The notes beneath the pieces were generated by a model. That model made no database searches and had not been told where the DNA came from. It saw only the letters and a program-made list of their open reading frames with translations. This document shows positions 54,719 through 64,000 of a stretch of DNA of 64,000 nucleotides, piece after piece. The number at the start of each line of letters is the position of its first letter. Positions within the stretch are counted from its first letter, which is position 1. Source of the DNA: Pseudomonadota bacterium (GTDB lineage: Bacteria; Pseudomonadota; Alphaproteobacteria; Caulobacterales; Parvularculaceae); contig JBCCZS010000001.1 in the NCBI GenBank assembly GCA_039187035.1, positions 2,284 to 66,283 on the forward strand, in the 5' to 3' direction. A program made the position numbers and the translations under genes.

Positions 54719-56245
54719 ATGGAAAACCAGAATATTCGTTGGAATGCCGGCCTGTCGCGTTTGCTGATCCTCGCCGCGGCCATCGCGATCCTTTCGGTCG
54801 CCGCGGCGCAGGGGCGCGACAATGACAAGAGAGACGTCGTTCCGGCCCTCGAGGGGCTTCGCTACGGGATTTCCGTAACGGACCTGGAAGGCAAGGTGCT
54901 CGTCGCGCGCCGGGCGGACGAACGGTTCGTGCCCGCCTCAAACGCCAAACTCTTCGTCACCGCGGCGGCGCTCGCGGCCGAGCCCGCTTTGTCGGCGTTG
55001 AACGCCGGGCTGCAAATCGTCTTAGAGCCGTCCGCGGCGGGGCCGCCGACCCTGGTGCTTGTCGGGCGCGGCGACCCGACCGTCGGCTTCGGCCCTGACT
55101 GTAAGGCGCGATGCCTCGAAACGCTGGCCGCGGACGTTGCGGCGGCGGGGATCCGGGAAGTCGGCGACATCGTCGGCGATGATCGGTGGTTCGCGGACGA
55201 GCGCAGGCCGCTGGGGTGGAGTTGGGACGATCTGAAATTTGGTCAGGGGACGTCCGTCTCGGCGATCGCCGTCAACGACAACATCCTCCCTCTGCGGGTT
55301 TCGCCGGCGCGCGAGCCGGGCGCGGCCGTCCGGACGTCGTGGACGGACGCGGGGCCGGCGTTTTTCGAGTTGCGCAACGAAGCGACGACCGGCGAGGCGG
55401 ACGCATCGAAGGCGTTGCGCTTAGAGCGGCGTATCGGAACGCGGATCGCGCGGCTTTACGGCGCGCTTCCGGTCGGATCGCGGTCGATGAAGCTCGATCT
55501 CGGCGTCGACGATCCGGCGCACTTGGCGGCCTGGTACTTCAAAAGGGCCTTGGAGGCGGAGGGCGTCACGGTTTCGGGGCGATTGCTCACGCGGCGCAGG
55601 CCGCTTCAGTATGCCGACGAACCGGCGGCGACCGATCCGAGCGATCCGACGTCTGAGGCGCAATGCGCGCGTCGCGCCGAACCGGCGCCGGGCGGCGCTG
55701 TCATCGCGTCGCTCCCGTCGGTCTCCGTCCGAGAGGTCGTGACCGCGATCAACCGCAAAAGTCAAAATCTGTATGCGGAGGTGCTGCTCCGACAATTGGG
55801 CCGTGCGGCGGGGACGGGGTCGACCTTTTGCGGCTTGTTGCAAATCCAGGACTTGTTGGATGCGGTCGGGGCGCCGCGGTCGTCATATGACGTCGCCGAC
55901 GGGTCCGGCCTGTCGGCCTATAATCGCGTAACGCCGGCGACGGTCACGGCGCTGTTGCGCCACGCGGCGGCGGCGCCCTGGGGCGAGGCCTTCCGGGCGA
56001 GCCTGCCGGTCGGCGGGGCGCCGGTCGGATCGCTGAAATATCGCTTCCGCGGCGGCGCGCTGGAGGGAAAAGTCTTTGCAAAGACGGGGACGCTCAACCA
56101 TGTCGACGCGTTGTCCGGATACATGCAAGCGCGCAGCGGCAGAACGCTGGTGTTTTCCGTCATCGTCAACGACCGACCGCTCGACTCGCCGTCGGCGACC
56201 GCCAGGATCGACGCCGCCCTTTTGGAGATCGCCGCGCAGAATTGA
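54719..56245 (+). CDS. D-alanyl-D-alanine carboxypeptidase/endopeptidase (PBP4, S13 family)
   Basis: All three active-site motifs are present: SNAK (PASNAKLF), SQN (KSQNLYAE), and KTG (AKTGTL). Confidence 0.85.
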   Translation: MENQNIRWNAGLSRLLILAAAIAILSVAAAQGRDNDKRDVVPALEGLRYGISVTDLEGKVLVARRADERFVPASNAKLFVTAAALAAEPALSALNAGLQIVLEPSAAGPPTLVLVGRGDPTVGFGPDCKARCLETLAADVAAAGIREVGDIVGDDRWFADERRPLGWSWDDLKFGQGTSVSAIAVNDNILPLRVSPAREPGAAVRTSWTDAGPAFFELRNEATTGEADASKALRLERRIGTRIARLYGALPVGSRSMKLDLGVDDPAHLAAWYFKRALEAEGVTVSGRLLTRRRPLQYADEPAATDPSDPTSEAQCARRAEPAPGGAVIASLPSVSVREVVTAINRKSQNLYAEVLLRQLGRAAGTGSTFCGLLQIQDLLDAVGAPRSSYDVADGSGLSAYNRVTPATVTALLRHAAAAPWGEAFRASLPVGGAPVGSLKYRFRGGALEGKVFAKTGTLNHVDALSGYMQARSGRTLVFSVIVNDRPLDSPSATARIDAALLEIAAQN

Positions 56246-56246
56246 T

Positions 56247-56268
56247 GCGCCGGCTTGACCGCCGGCGC
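56247..56268. terminator. GC hairpin between convergent genes (possible terminator)
   Basis: GCGCCGGC-TTGACC-GCCGGCGC starts 2 nt after the PBP4 stop codon. There is no clear U-tract. Confidence 0.35.
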
Positions 56269-56348
56269 TCCAGATCCGGTCGCCGCCGGCGCGCCCGCCG
56301 CACAACATTCCGGGGGCAAGGGGGGCGCGTAGTCCCGGCGGCGGCGGT

Positions 56349-57782
56349 TTACGATTCGTCCGCGGGCGCGTCGGTCTCGGGTTCTTTTGGCGCGTCGCGG
56401 AAGCCGCCGTCCATTTCGCTCGCCATGTACAAAAACGCGGCCCAAGCGGCGACGTTCTGGCGGAGGTCGTCGAGCGCGACTTTGTCGAACGTGTCGTCGG
56501 GCGTGTGGTGGAGATCGAAATAGTCCCAGCCGTCCTGGCGCAGAGAGACGGCCGGCACGCCGGAGAGCCGCAGCGGGATGACGTCCGGCCCGCCGGAGGC
56601 CTCGTTGTTTCCCGGCGCGACGCCGAGCCGGCGCAAGCCCGCGGCCATCGCCGCGCCCTTCGGCAGCGCGCTCTCGCCGAACCGTGTTTGGAATTGCCAG
56701 ACCCGCCCGGCGCCGAAATCGGATTCGCTGGCGACGACGTGCTTGTCGAGTTCGTCTTTGTGGTCCTTTGCGTAGGCCCGCGCGCCGTGTAGCCCGACTT
56801 CCTCAGCACCCCAAAGAATAATGCGGATCGTGCGTTTCGGTTTGCCCGCGACGTCGCGCACGAGTTTCGCGGCGGCCATCGTGATCGCGACGCCCGCCCC
56901 GTCGTCGACGGCGCCGGTGCCGAGGTCCCAGCTGTCGAGGTGGCCGCCGATGACGATCAATTCGTCCGTTTCCCCTGGAATCTCGCCGATGACGTTGCCG
57001 GAAGGCGCCGCGACTTTCGTTTCCACCGCCACGTCGACGCGCACGGTCACAGGGCCGTCCGCGCGCTCGATCGCGCGCGCCAATTGATCGGCGTCCGGAT
57101 TGGATAGAGCGAGCGCCGGCGGCTTGCCGCCGGTCGGCGCGTACCGCATTTGCCCGGTGTGGGGAAAGCGGCGGGCGTCGGTGCCCACCGAACGAATAAG
57201 CGCAGCGACCGCGCCGCGCTTGCCGGCCTCCACGGCCGCGCCCGAGCGCTTGGCGACCGCTTGGCTGTAGCCGGAGCCGTCTTGCGTGCGCGTCATCAAC
57301 TCGTCGACGAAGACGATCTTCCCTTCAAGGCCTTCGGCGGGCGCGGCCTGCAGCGCCGGCAACGTCTCGAACCGGACGACTTCGCCGACGACGCCGCCTT
57401 CCGGCGTCGGCGTCGAGCCGCCGAGCGCCGTGACGGTGAGCGCTTGCGGGAAGGGGCTGACGATCGCCGCGCTTTCGCTGACGCGCGACCAATAGGGAAT
57501 GGTGAACGGCTCTATGCGGATGTTTTCAAAACCGAAGGCCTGCATTTTGGCGACGCCCCAGTCGCGCGCGCGGGCCTCCGCGGGCGAGCCGGCGAGGCGC
57601 GGGCCGACTTCGGTCGTTAGGCTCTCAAGGACCTCGAGCGCGACCGCGTCTTTGAGGCCCTCGTCGATAAGCCTATCGACCGTCTCCATCTGCGCGTCGG
57701 ACAAAAACGGTTCGTCGGCGGTTGCGACGCCGAGGCTCGTTGCGGCGACGAGGGCGAAGAGCAAAATCCGCATGGAGATCAT
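56349..57782 (-). CDS. M28 family metallopeptidase with PA domain, secreted
   Basis: Signal MISMRILLFALVAATSLGVATA. GGHLDSWDLGTGAVDDGAGVA and WGAEEVGLHGA zinc-ligand motifs. Confidence 0.85.
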   Translation of the reverse strand: MISMRILLFALVAATSLGVATADEPFLSDAQMETVDRLIDEGLKDAVALEVLESLTTEVGPRLAGSPAEARARDWGVAKMQAFGFENIRIEPFTIPYWSRVSESAAIVSPFPQALTVTALGGSTPTPEGGVVGEVVRFETLPALQAAPAEGLEGKIVFVDELMTRTQDGSGYSQAVAKRSGAAVEAGKRGAVAALIRSVGTDARRFPHTGQMRYAPTGGKPPALALSNPDADQLARAIERADGPVTVRVDVAVETKVAAPSGNVIGEIPGETDELIVIGGHLDSWDLGTGAVDDGAGVAITMAAAKLVRDVAGKPKRTIRIILWGAEEVGLHGARAYAKDHKDELDKHVVASESDFGAGRVWQFQTRFGESALPKGAAMAAGLRRLGVAPGNNEASGGPDVIPLRLSGVPAVSLRQDGWDYFDLHHTPDDTFDKVALDDLRQNVAAWAAFLYMASEMDGGFRDAPKEPETDAPADES

Positions 57783-57788
57783 CCTTTA

Positions 57789-58319
57789 TTAGGCGCCGAA
57801 TCGGGCGAGCCATTCGGTCCGGTCGGCGGCCCACACTTCGAGCGTAAATTTCCAAAAGTCGAATTTTTCGTCCGTGCGCGTCTCGCCGATTTTGCGCGCG
57901 ACGGCCTGGCTGTTGACGTTGGTCGGCTCGATGACCGAGATGATGCGGTCCAGCTCGGGGAATTTGGCAAACGTCCATCGCACGGCGGCGACCGCCGCTT
58001 CGGGTGCGTAGCCTTTACCCCAATGCTCGCGCGCGACGCCCCAACCGCACTCTAGCGCCGGCCACCCTTCCGGAAACCACGGGCCGACCCGCCCGACCCA
58101 GTCGCCGGTCGCCGTTTCAACGACGGAGAAAAAGCCGTAGCCGCGGATCGACCAATGGCCGATATAAGACGCCGCGCTGCGCCATTCGTCGGCGCGCGCG
58201 CGCGGAAGCCCCTCGGGCGCCAACGTCGCGGCGACGTCCGGATGCGCCATCATCGCCATATGGGGCTCGACGTCGTCCGGGCCGAACGGGCGCAGGGTCA
58301 ATCGGTCCGTATGCAACAT
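57789..58319 (-). CDS. GNAT family N-acetyltransferase (RimJ/RimL-like)
   Basis: TDRLTLRPFGPDD N-terminus and the acetyl-CoA-binding region REHWGKGYAPEA. ATG at 58319; a TTG at 58346 would overlap the upstream gene by 4 nt. Confidence 0.8.
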   Translation of the reverse strand: MLHTDRLTLRPFGPDDVEPHMAMMAHPDVAATLAPEGLPRARADEWRSAASYIGHWSIRGYGFFSVVETATGDWVGRVGPWFPEGWPALECGWGVAREHWGKGYAPEAAVAAVRWTFAKFPELDRIISVIEPTNVNSQAVARKIGETRTDEKFDFWKFTLEVWAADRTEWLARFGA

Positions 58320-58342
58320 GTCGGTCACGCGCGGGCGTCCGT

Positions 58343-59518
58343 TCAAGCGGCGGCGCGCCGTTCGATCAGGGATCGGGCGATCGCCTCGACGCGTTCGGCA
58401 TTATGGGCCCAGGTGAGCTTGCGGCGCAACAAGGTCTCCCGGGCCGCCGCGCCGAGCCGCGCGCGCAAGCCGTCGTCGTCAATCAGTGCAGCGAGCGCGC
58501 GGGGTAAGGCGTCCTGGTCCGCGGGGTCGAACAAGACGGCGTCCTCGCCGTCGGTCAGCGTTTCTTGGATATTCGCTTGCGCAGGCGCGAGGATCGGCTT
58601 GGCGGCCGCCATATATTCAAAGAGCTTTAGCGGGGAGGCGTAGGCGACCGACGCCGGCTGCAGGGCGATGTCGAAAGCGGCGACGTGCTCGGGCATCGCG
58701 TCGCGTTGGACGACGCCGGTGACGGTGAACCGCTCGGCGAGCCCGGCGGCGGCCGCTTGGCGCGTCAACGCCTCGCGTGCGGGCCCGTCGCCGACGAGCA
58801 AGAGGTGGAGATCGTCGCGGTCGCTCCTCGCCATGAAGGTCAGTATACGGTCAACGCCGTGCCAGTCGCGTACAAAGCCGGTGAAGCCGAGAACGAGACG
58901 GTCGCCGAGCCCGTACGCCTCTCGGATCGCCGCGCCGTTCGCCGGCGCCAGAAAATCGTCGTCGACGCCGTTTTGAATGACGGTGACGCGGTCGGGCGCA
59001 ACGCCGAGCGCGGTCGCTTTTGCTGCGAGGACGCCGGTGACCGGCAACACCGCGTCGGCGGCGCGCCATAGGCCCGCTTCGCTCCAATGCGCGACAGGCC
59101 GCAGCGCGAGGCCGCCATTCGTCGCGCGCTCATCTGCGAGCGGGGCGTTGACCTCTAGGATGAACGGCAGCCCGCGTGCGCGCGCAAACCGCGCGCCCGC
59201 ATGGTAAAAAAGGTTGTAGCGCTCATAAAGAACGTCCACAGACGGAAGGCTCGCCGCGACGCGCGCGAGCCGCCGGTACCCGACCGCCGAATAGCCGAGC
59301 TCGGCCGCTTCATAAAGCGCGGCCGCCGGCCAGGCGCGCGCTGCGGCCCCGCCGCGACCGGCCGCATCCAGCCGGCGCGTGGCGGCGCGATCCCCGTCTT
59401 CGCCGGGTCCGCAAATGGCGACCGGGCAGCCGCGCGCGCGCAAGGCGTCGGTGAGAGCGCGGATGTGGACATATTGACCGTCCGCGGACCGGGTCCTGTG
59501 CGAATAAAGAATCTGCAT
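58343..59518 (-). CDS. Glycosyltransferase family 4 (GT-B)
   Basis: C-terminal EX7E-type region ASPLKLFEYMAAAKPILA. ATG at 59518 preferred over the longer ORF. Confidence 0.85.
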   Translation of the reverse strand: MQILYSHRTRSADGQYVHIRALTDALRARGCPVAICGPGEDGDRAATRRLDAAGRGGAAARAWPAAALYEAAELGYSAVGYRRLARVAASLPSVDVLYERYNLFYHAGARFARARGLPFILEVNAPLADERATNGGLALRPVAHWSEAGLWRAADAVLPVTGVLAAKATALGVAPDRVTVIQNGVDDDFLAPANGAAIREAYGLGDRLVLGFTGFVRDWHGVDRILTFMARSDRDDLHLLLVGDGPAREALTRQAAAAGLAERFTVTGVVQRDAMPEHVAAFDIALQPASVAYASPLKLFEYMAAAKPILAPAQANIQETLTDGEDAVLFDPADQDALPRALAALIDDDGLRARLGAAARETLLRRKLTWAHNAERVEAIARSLIERRAAA

Positions 59519-59687
59519 CGTTGCTCGTGCGCCTTGCTGAACCGTTCGCGTGAAACTGAAGCGGTTGGCCGGACCCGGCAACGCTTCCTCAATTCGCCGA
59601 TCGCGCGAACGTTACGGTCTTGTAATCGCGCGCGCGCCGCAACAAGCTCGGCGACGTGGGGGGCGTGAACAGCGTGAGGAGTTCGCT

Positions 59688-60128
59688 ATGACGAGGGTCC
59701 GCGCTTTAGCCGGTCTCGGGCTCGCCGTGGGGGCGGCGGTTTGGACGACGGGCGTCACGCACGAGGCGCGTGCGCATGATCCGGCGGTTCGCGTGTTCCT
59801 CGGGGCGACCGAGCTGAAATCCGGGCACGACCCGCAGCTCGATTGCAAGACGGAACATGGCGTGCGCGTTTGCGCCTGGGCGCGCGCGGCGATCACGAGC
59901 CCGATCGCCGCGCCGCCCCTCGGCGCGGCCGCGCTCGACGATCGCCTCGCCGGACGCGAGCCCGTCCGGGTTCGCCGCGAGGTCGTGATCGTCGAGAAGC
60001 GCGTGATTGAGCGCCGCTACCACCCGCCGCGGCGGCTGCGCAGCCAGGGTTTCTGGTCGGGCAAGGGCCCGCGCTCCAAGCGGTTCACGCAGGGCTTCTT
60101 CTCAGACCGCGTCGCCGCCGAACGCTGA
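59688..60128 (+). CDS. Hypothetical exported protein
   Basis: GTGAGGA RBS, signal-like MTRVRALAGLGLAVGAAVWTTGVTHEARA, and high GC3. I recognise no family. Confidence 0.45.
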   Translation: MTRVRALAGLGLAVGAAVWTTGVTHEARAHDPAVRVFLGATELKSGHDPQLDCKTEHGVRVCAWARAAITSPIAAPPLGAAALDDRLAGREPVRVRREVVIVEKRVIERRYHPPRRLRSQGFWSGKGPRSKRFTQGFFSDRVAAER

Positions 60129-60173
60129 CCGCCGCCGATCGCCGACGGTGCAAGTACCTAGAGCGGCGCGGCT

Positions 60174-61226
<1,053 letters not shown>

Positions 61227-61940
61227 TCAGAACGCTTTGATTAGCGAGATCAGCGCCGTCGACTGGACGTACGGCGCGCCGCCGATCGTCAAGGTCGCGC
61301 CGGCCGGGTCCGTCGCCTGAAACTCAAGGTCGCGGGTGCGCAGATAGTTGATCTCGGCGCTGAGCTTCAAGGTCGGCGAAAGATCGTAGGTCAGGCCCGC
61401 TTTGGCTTGGTAAGCGAACGCCCAGTCCGACGCCGCGTCAAAGCCGGTATCCATGAAGTTCGTCACGCGCGCGCCGCCGACGCCGACGCCGATAAACGGC
61501 GTGAAGCGCGTGTCGTTGTCGAAATCGTAGATCACGTTCGACATGAGGATATGCGCGTTGACGTCGTCGTCGATCGGCGGCTGGACCACGGCCGTGGTGA
61601 CGCCGTCAATGTCGACCGACTCGTAGGCGTTGGACGTGAAGCGATACTCAAGTTCGGTGCGGAACCCGCTCGGATACTTAAAGCCCACGGCCCCGCCGAT
61701 CGCGAGGCTATTGTCAAATACGCTTTCGCGCCCCGGAATTGCGGTCGCCGCGCCGCCCGCCGGCGCGACGGTTTGGGATTGGTCGGCGTCCGTGACGGCG
61801 GCGACGCCGATCGATACTTTACCGTAGAGGCCGACGTCGTCATCGGTTTGCGCGTCCGCGTCCGACTGGGCGAGGGCGGCGGGCGAGACGGCGCACGACA
61901 AAACAGACGCCGCCAATACGGCGCGACGGTTCACGGTCAT
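61227..61940 (-). CDS. Outer-membrane beta-barrel protein (OmpA-like/opacity-porin family)
   Basis: Signal MTVNRRAVLAASVLSCAVSPAALAQ, alternating strands, and a terminal ...LISLIKAF. Confidence 0.75.
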   Translation of the reverse strand: MTVNRRAVLAASVLSCAVSPAALAQSDADAQTDDDVGLYGKVSIGVAAVTDADQSQTVAPAGGAATAIPGRESVFDNSLAIGGAVGFKYPSGFRTELEYRFTSNAYESVDIDGVTTAVVQPPIDDDVNAHILMSNVIYDFDNDTRFTPFIGVGVGGARVTNFMDTGFDAASDWAFAYQAKAGLTYDLSPTLKLSAEINYLRTRDLEFQATDPAGATLTIGGAPYVQSTALISLIKAF

Positions 61941-62085
61941 AACGTGACTTAACCCTCCTGAACCCGACCCGCTCACCGGTTTAGGAGATTTGTTCGCGCC
62001 GCAACAGGATAAAAGCGACGACGCGAAAACCACGGACGCCGAAGCGCCGGTTCGGCGCGCCGAAGCGTTTCGGACCGGCGCGGGG

Positions 62086-63537
62086 TTAAGCGCCGCCGCC
62101 GGCTTTCTCGCGCGCAAAATACTCCTTGGAAAGGCGCGCGACGAGCGGGCTCAAGACCAACAGGGCGATGAGGTTCGGCGCGGCCATCAGCCCCGTCAGC
62201 GTGTCGGCGACGAGCCAGAACAGGCTGACGACGTCGGTGAGTACGCCGCCTTCTTCGACCATGAGAACGCTCGCCCCGAGAAACACGACCGCGATCCAGC
62301 TCAGGCGGAAGGCGAAAATGCTGCGCTCGCCGATGAGGAACTCGCAACAGCGTTCTCCGTAATAGCTCCACCCCAAAATCGTCGTGAAGCCGAAGACCGC
62401 GAGGCCGACGGCGACGATGTGTTGGCCGACGCCGGGAAGCGTGTTTTCAAACGCGGCGACGGTGAGCGGCGCGCCGGTCTCGCAGCCGGCGGGCAGGGAG
62501 ACCAGCGATTCGCGCACGAAGGGCTCGCAGCTTTCCGGGATGATGCCGGCGGTGATGATGACGATCGCGGTGATCGAACACACCACGATCGTGTCGATGA
62601 ACGTGCCCAGCATTGCGACGACGCCCTGGTTGATCGGGTCTTTGTTTTGAGCGGCCGCGTGGGCGATGGGGGCCGACCCCTGGCCGGCTTCGTTGGAAAA
62701 GATGCCGCGCGCGACGCCTTTTTGCATGGCGAGCAACAATAAGCCGCCGACGAAACCGCCCTTCGCCGCGTCGATGCCGAAAGCTTTCGTGAAAATTTCG
62801 CCGAACGCCGCCGGCACCGCTTCGGCATTGAGGCCGATGACGACGAGGCCGGCGAAGAGATACCCGAACGCCATCGCCGGCACGAGCCGCGAGGCGACGG
62901 TCGCGATCCGCTTGATGCCGCCGAGGATGACCGCCGCCGCGCCGCCCGCGAGCACGAGCCCGGAGACCCACGGCGCGACGCCGTAGGTCTCGTTCAGCGC
63001 ATCGGCGATCGAGTTGGCTTGGATGGACGCGCCCGTGCCCCAGGACGCTAAAATCCCGAAGACGGCGAACAACACGCCGAGCCACGCCCAGGCCGGCCCC
63101 ATTCCGTTTTTGATGTAGTACATCGGCCCGCCGACATGCCGACCGGAAGCGTCGACCTCCCGGAACTTCACGGCGAGCACGCCTTCAGCGAACTTGGAGG
63201 CCATGCCGACCAGCGCGGTCATCCACATCCAAAAGACCGCGCCCGGCCCGCCGATTGCGATCGCGACGGCGACGCCGGCGATGTTGCCGGTGCCGATGGT
63301 TGAGGAGAGCGCCGTCATCAACGCGCCAAACGGAGAGACGTCGCCTTCCTCGCCGCCCGAGCGTTTGCGGAACAACTGGCCGAACGCATAGGGGATTTTC
63401 AGAATCGGCATGCCGCCGAAGCGGACGGTTAGGTAAAGACCTGTCGCCAATAACAACAGCAAGACCGGCGGGTAAGGTACGGACGCCGATCCCCAAACGA
63501 GCGCGTTCGTTTGCTCGATGATGCTCACCAAATTCAT
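62086..63537 (-). CDS. Alanine/glycine:cation symporter (AGCS) family transporter
   Basis: SPFGALMTALSSTIGTGNIAGVAVAIAIGGPGAVFWMW and multiple TM helices. ATG at 63537 chosen. Confidence 0.9.
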   Translation of the reverse strand: MNLVSIIEQTNALVWGSASVPYPPVLLLLLATGLYLTVRFGGMPILKIPYAFGQLFRKRSGGEEGDVSPFGALMTALSSTIGTGNIAGVAVAIAIGGPGAVFWMWMTALVGMASKFAEGVLAVKFREVDASGRHVGGPMYYIKNGMGPAWAWLGVLFAVFGILASWGTGASIQANSIADALNETYGVAPWVSGLVLAGGAAAVILGGIKRIATVASRLVPAMAFGYLFAGLVVIGLNAEAVPAAFGEIFTKAFGIDAAKGGFVGGLLLLAMQKGVARGIFSNEAGQGSAPIAHAAAQNKDPINQGVVAMLGTFIDTIVVCSITAIVIITAGIIPESCEPFVRESLVSLPAGCETGAPLTVAAFENTLPGVGQHIVAVGLAVFGFTTILGWSYYGERCCEFLIGERSIFAFRLSWIAVVFLGASVLMVEEGGVLTDVVSLFWLVADTLTGLMAAPNLIALLVLSPLVARLSKEYFAREKAGGGA

Positions 63538-63743
63538 GTAGACGCCCCTCGGGCCGGCGTGCGCGTGACGCTCGCGCCGGCTATCCTTTTGATAAGCCGC
63601 CGAGATTAAGCGCAGCGCGCACCCGCCGTCCAGCGTGCGGACGCAGCCTGGGGCGAGGTCTCTATCTTTCGGCCCGCCGGCATTCAACGCATACTGTCCA
63701 AAACGATCCCGCTGCGCGCGAACGCCTTTGGAGTGCTGCCGTC

Positions 63744-64000
63744 ATGTCGAAACCCGTTTTTGCGGCGCTATTGCACGCGGTCTTGTTCTTCTTTTCGGGG
63801 CTCGCCCTTGCGCAAACGCCGACCGCGCCGTCTGCGACGCCGCCGGTCGACGCGCCCCTCGCGACCTACGAAGCGACGTTGCGCGCGTTCCTCGCCGTCA
63901 ACGAAGACCTCCTCGATGAGAGCGCCGCCGCCCTCAACGCGCACCGGGTTTTCGACCTGAAGGGAGGACCCGACGGTTGTCGTAAGCTGCTGTCGACCGC
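63744..64000 (+). CDS. Hypothetical secreted protein (3' end outside window)
   Basis: My own translation of the open frame from the ATG at 63744: MSKPVFAALLHAVLFFFSGLALAQTPTAPSATPP... It has a signal peptide and runs to the window edge. Confidence 0.45.
   Translation, partial: MSKPVFAALLHAVLFFFSGLALAQTPTAPSATPPVDAPLATYEATLRAFLAVNEDLLDESAAALNAHRVFDLKGGPDGCRKLLST

Overview
This is a high-GC chromosomal segment. By inference only, it comes from an Alphaproteobacterium: it has an LDH-like malate dehydrogenase, MipA, many TonB-dependent receptors and FecIR-type signalling. I can support about 48 protein-coding genes. I found no rRNA, tRNA, CRISPR array, transposase, integrase or phage genes. Content: (i) five TonB-dependent receptors, one with a FecI/FecR cell-surface signalling pair; (ii) peptidases (two M24, M28, C45, S13/PBP4, and an NlpC/P60-like domain) plus an Opp-type peptide ABC transporter; (iii) a catabolic island at about 21.6-34.1 kb holding two PQQ dehydrogenases (one with an N-terminal cytochrome c), an E1 alpha/beta pair with no E2, two SDRs, a cupin, an ABM monooxygenase and a TPR/2OG-oxygenase fusion; (iv) an OmpR/HK two-component system next to MipA; (v) an sbtA/sbtB bicarbonate-transporter pair beside a COG0523 GTPase; (vi) housekeeping genes (mdh, an alanine:cation symporter). 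The items most worth follow-up are these. A flavin amine oxidase at 14644-15867 has its sequence motifs in circularly permuted order, behind an export signal and next to a perfect 36-bp palindrome. An AT-rich motif of about 30 nt occurs at two promoters and links the PQQ/TBDR operon to the E1/SDR operons. A three-gene cassette (flavoprotein with a CCDGECEC tail, ACR3-like permease, 73-aa protein) sits behind three tandem 15-bp repeats. An 832-aa secreted protein has an acidic repeat linker and a C-terminal Cys-His peptidase-like domain. Two gene remnants (a sulfotransferase and a YcaQ-like gene) mark past rearrangements. All family assignments come from motif reading by eye; no searches were run.
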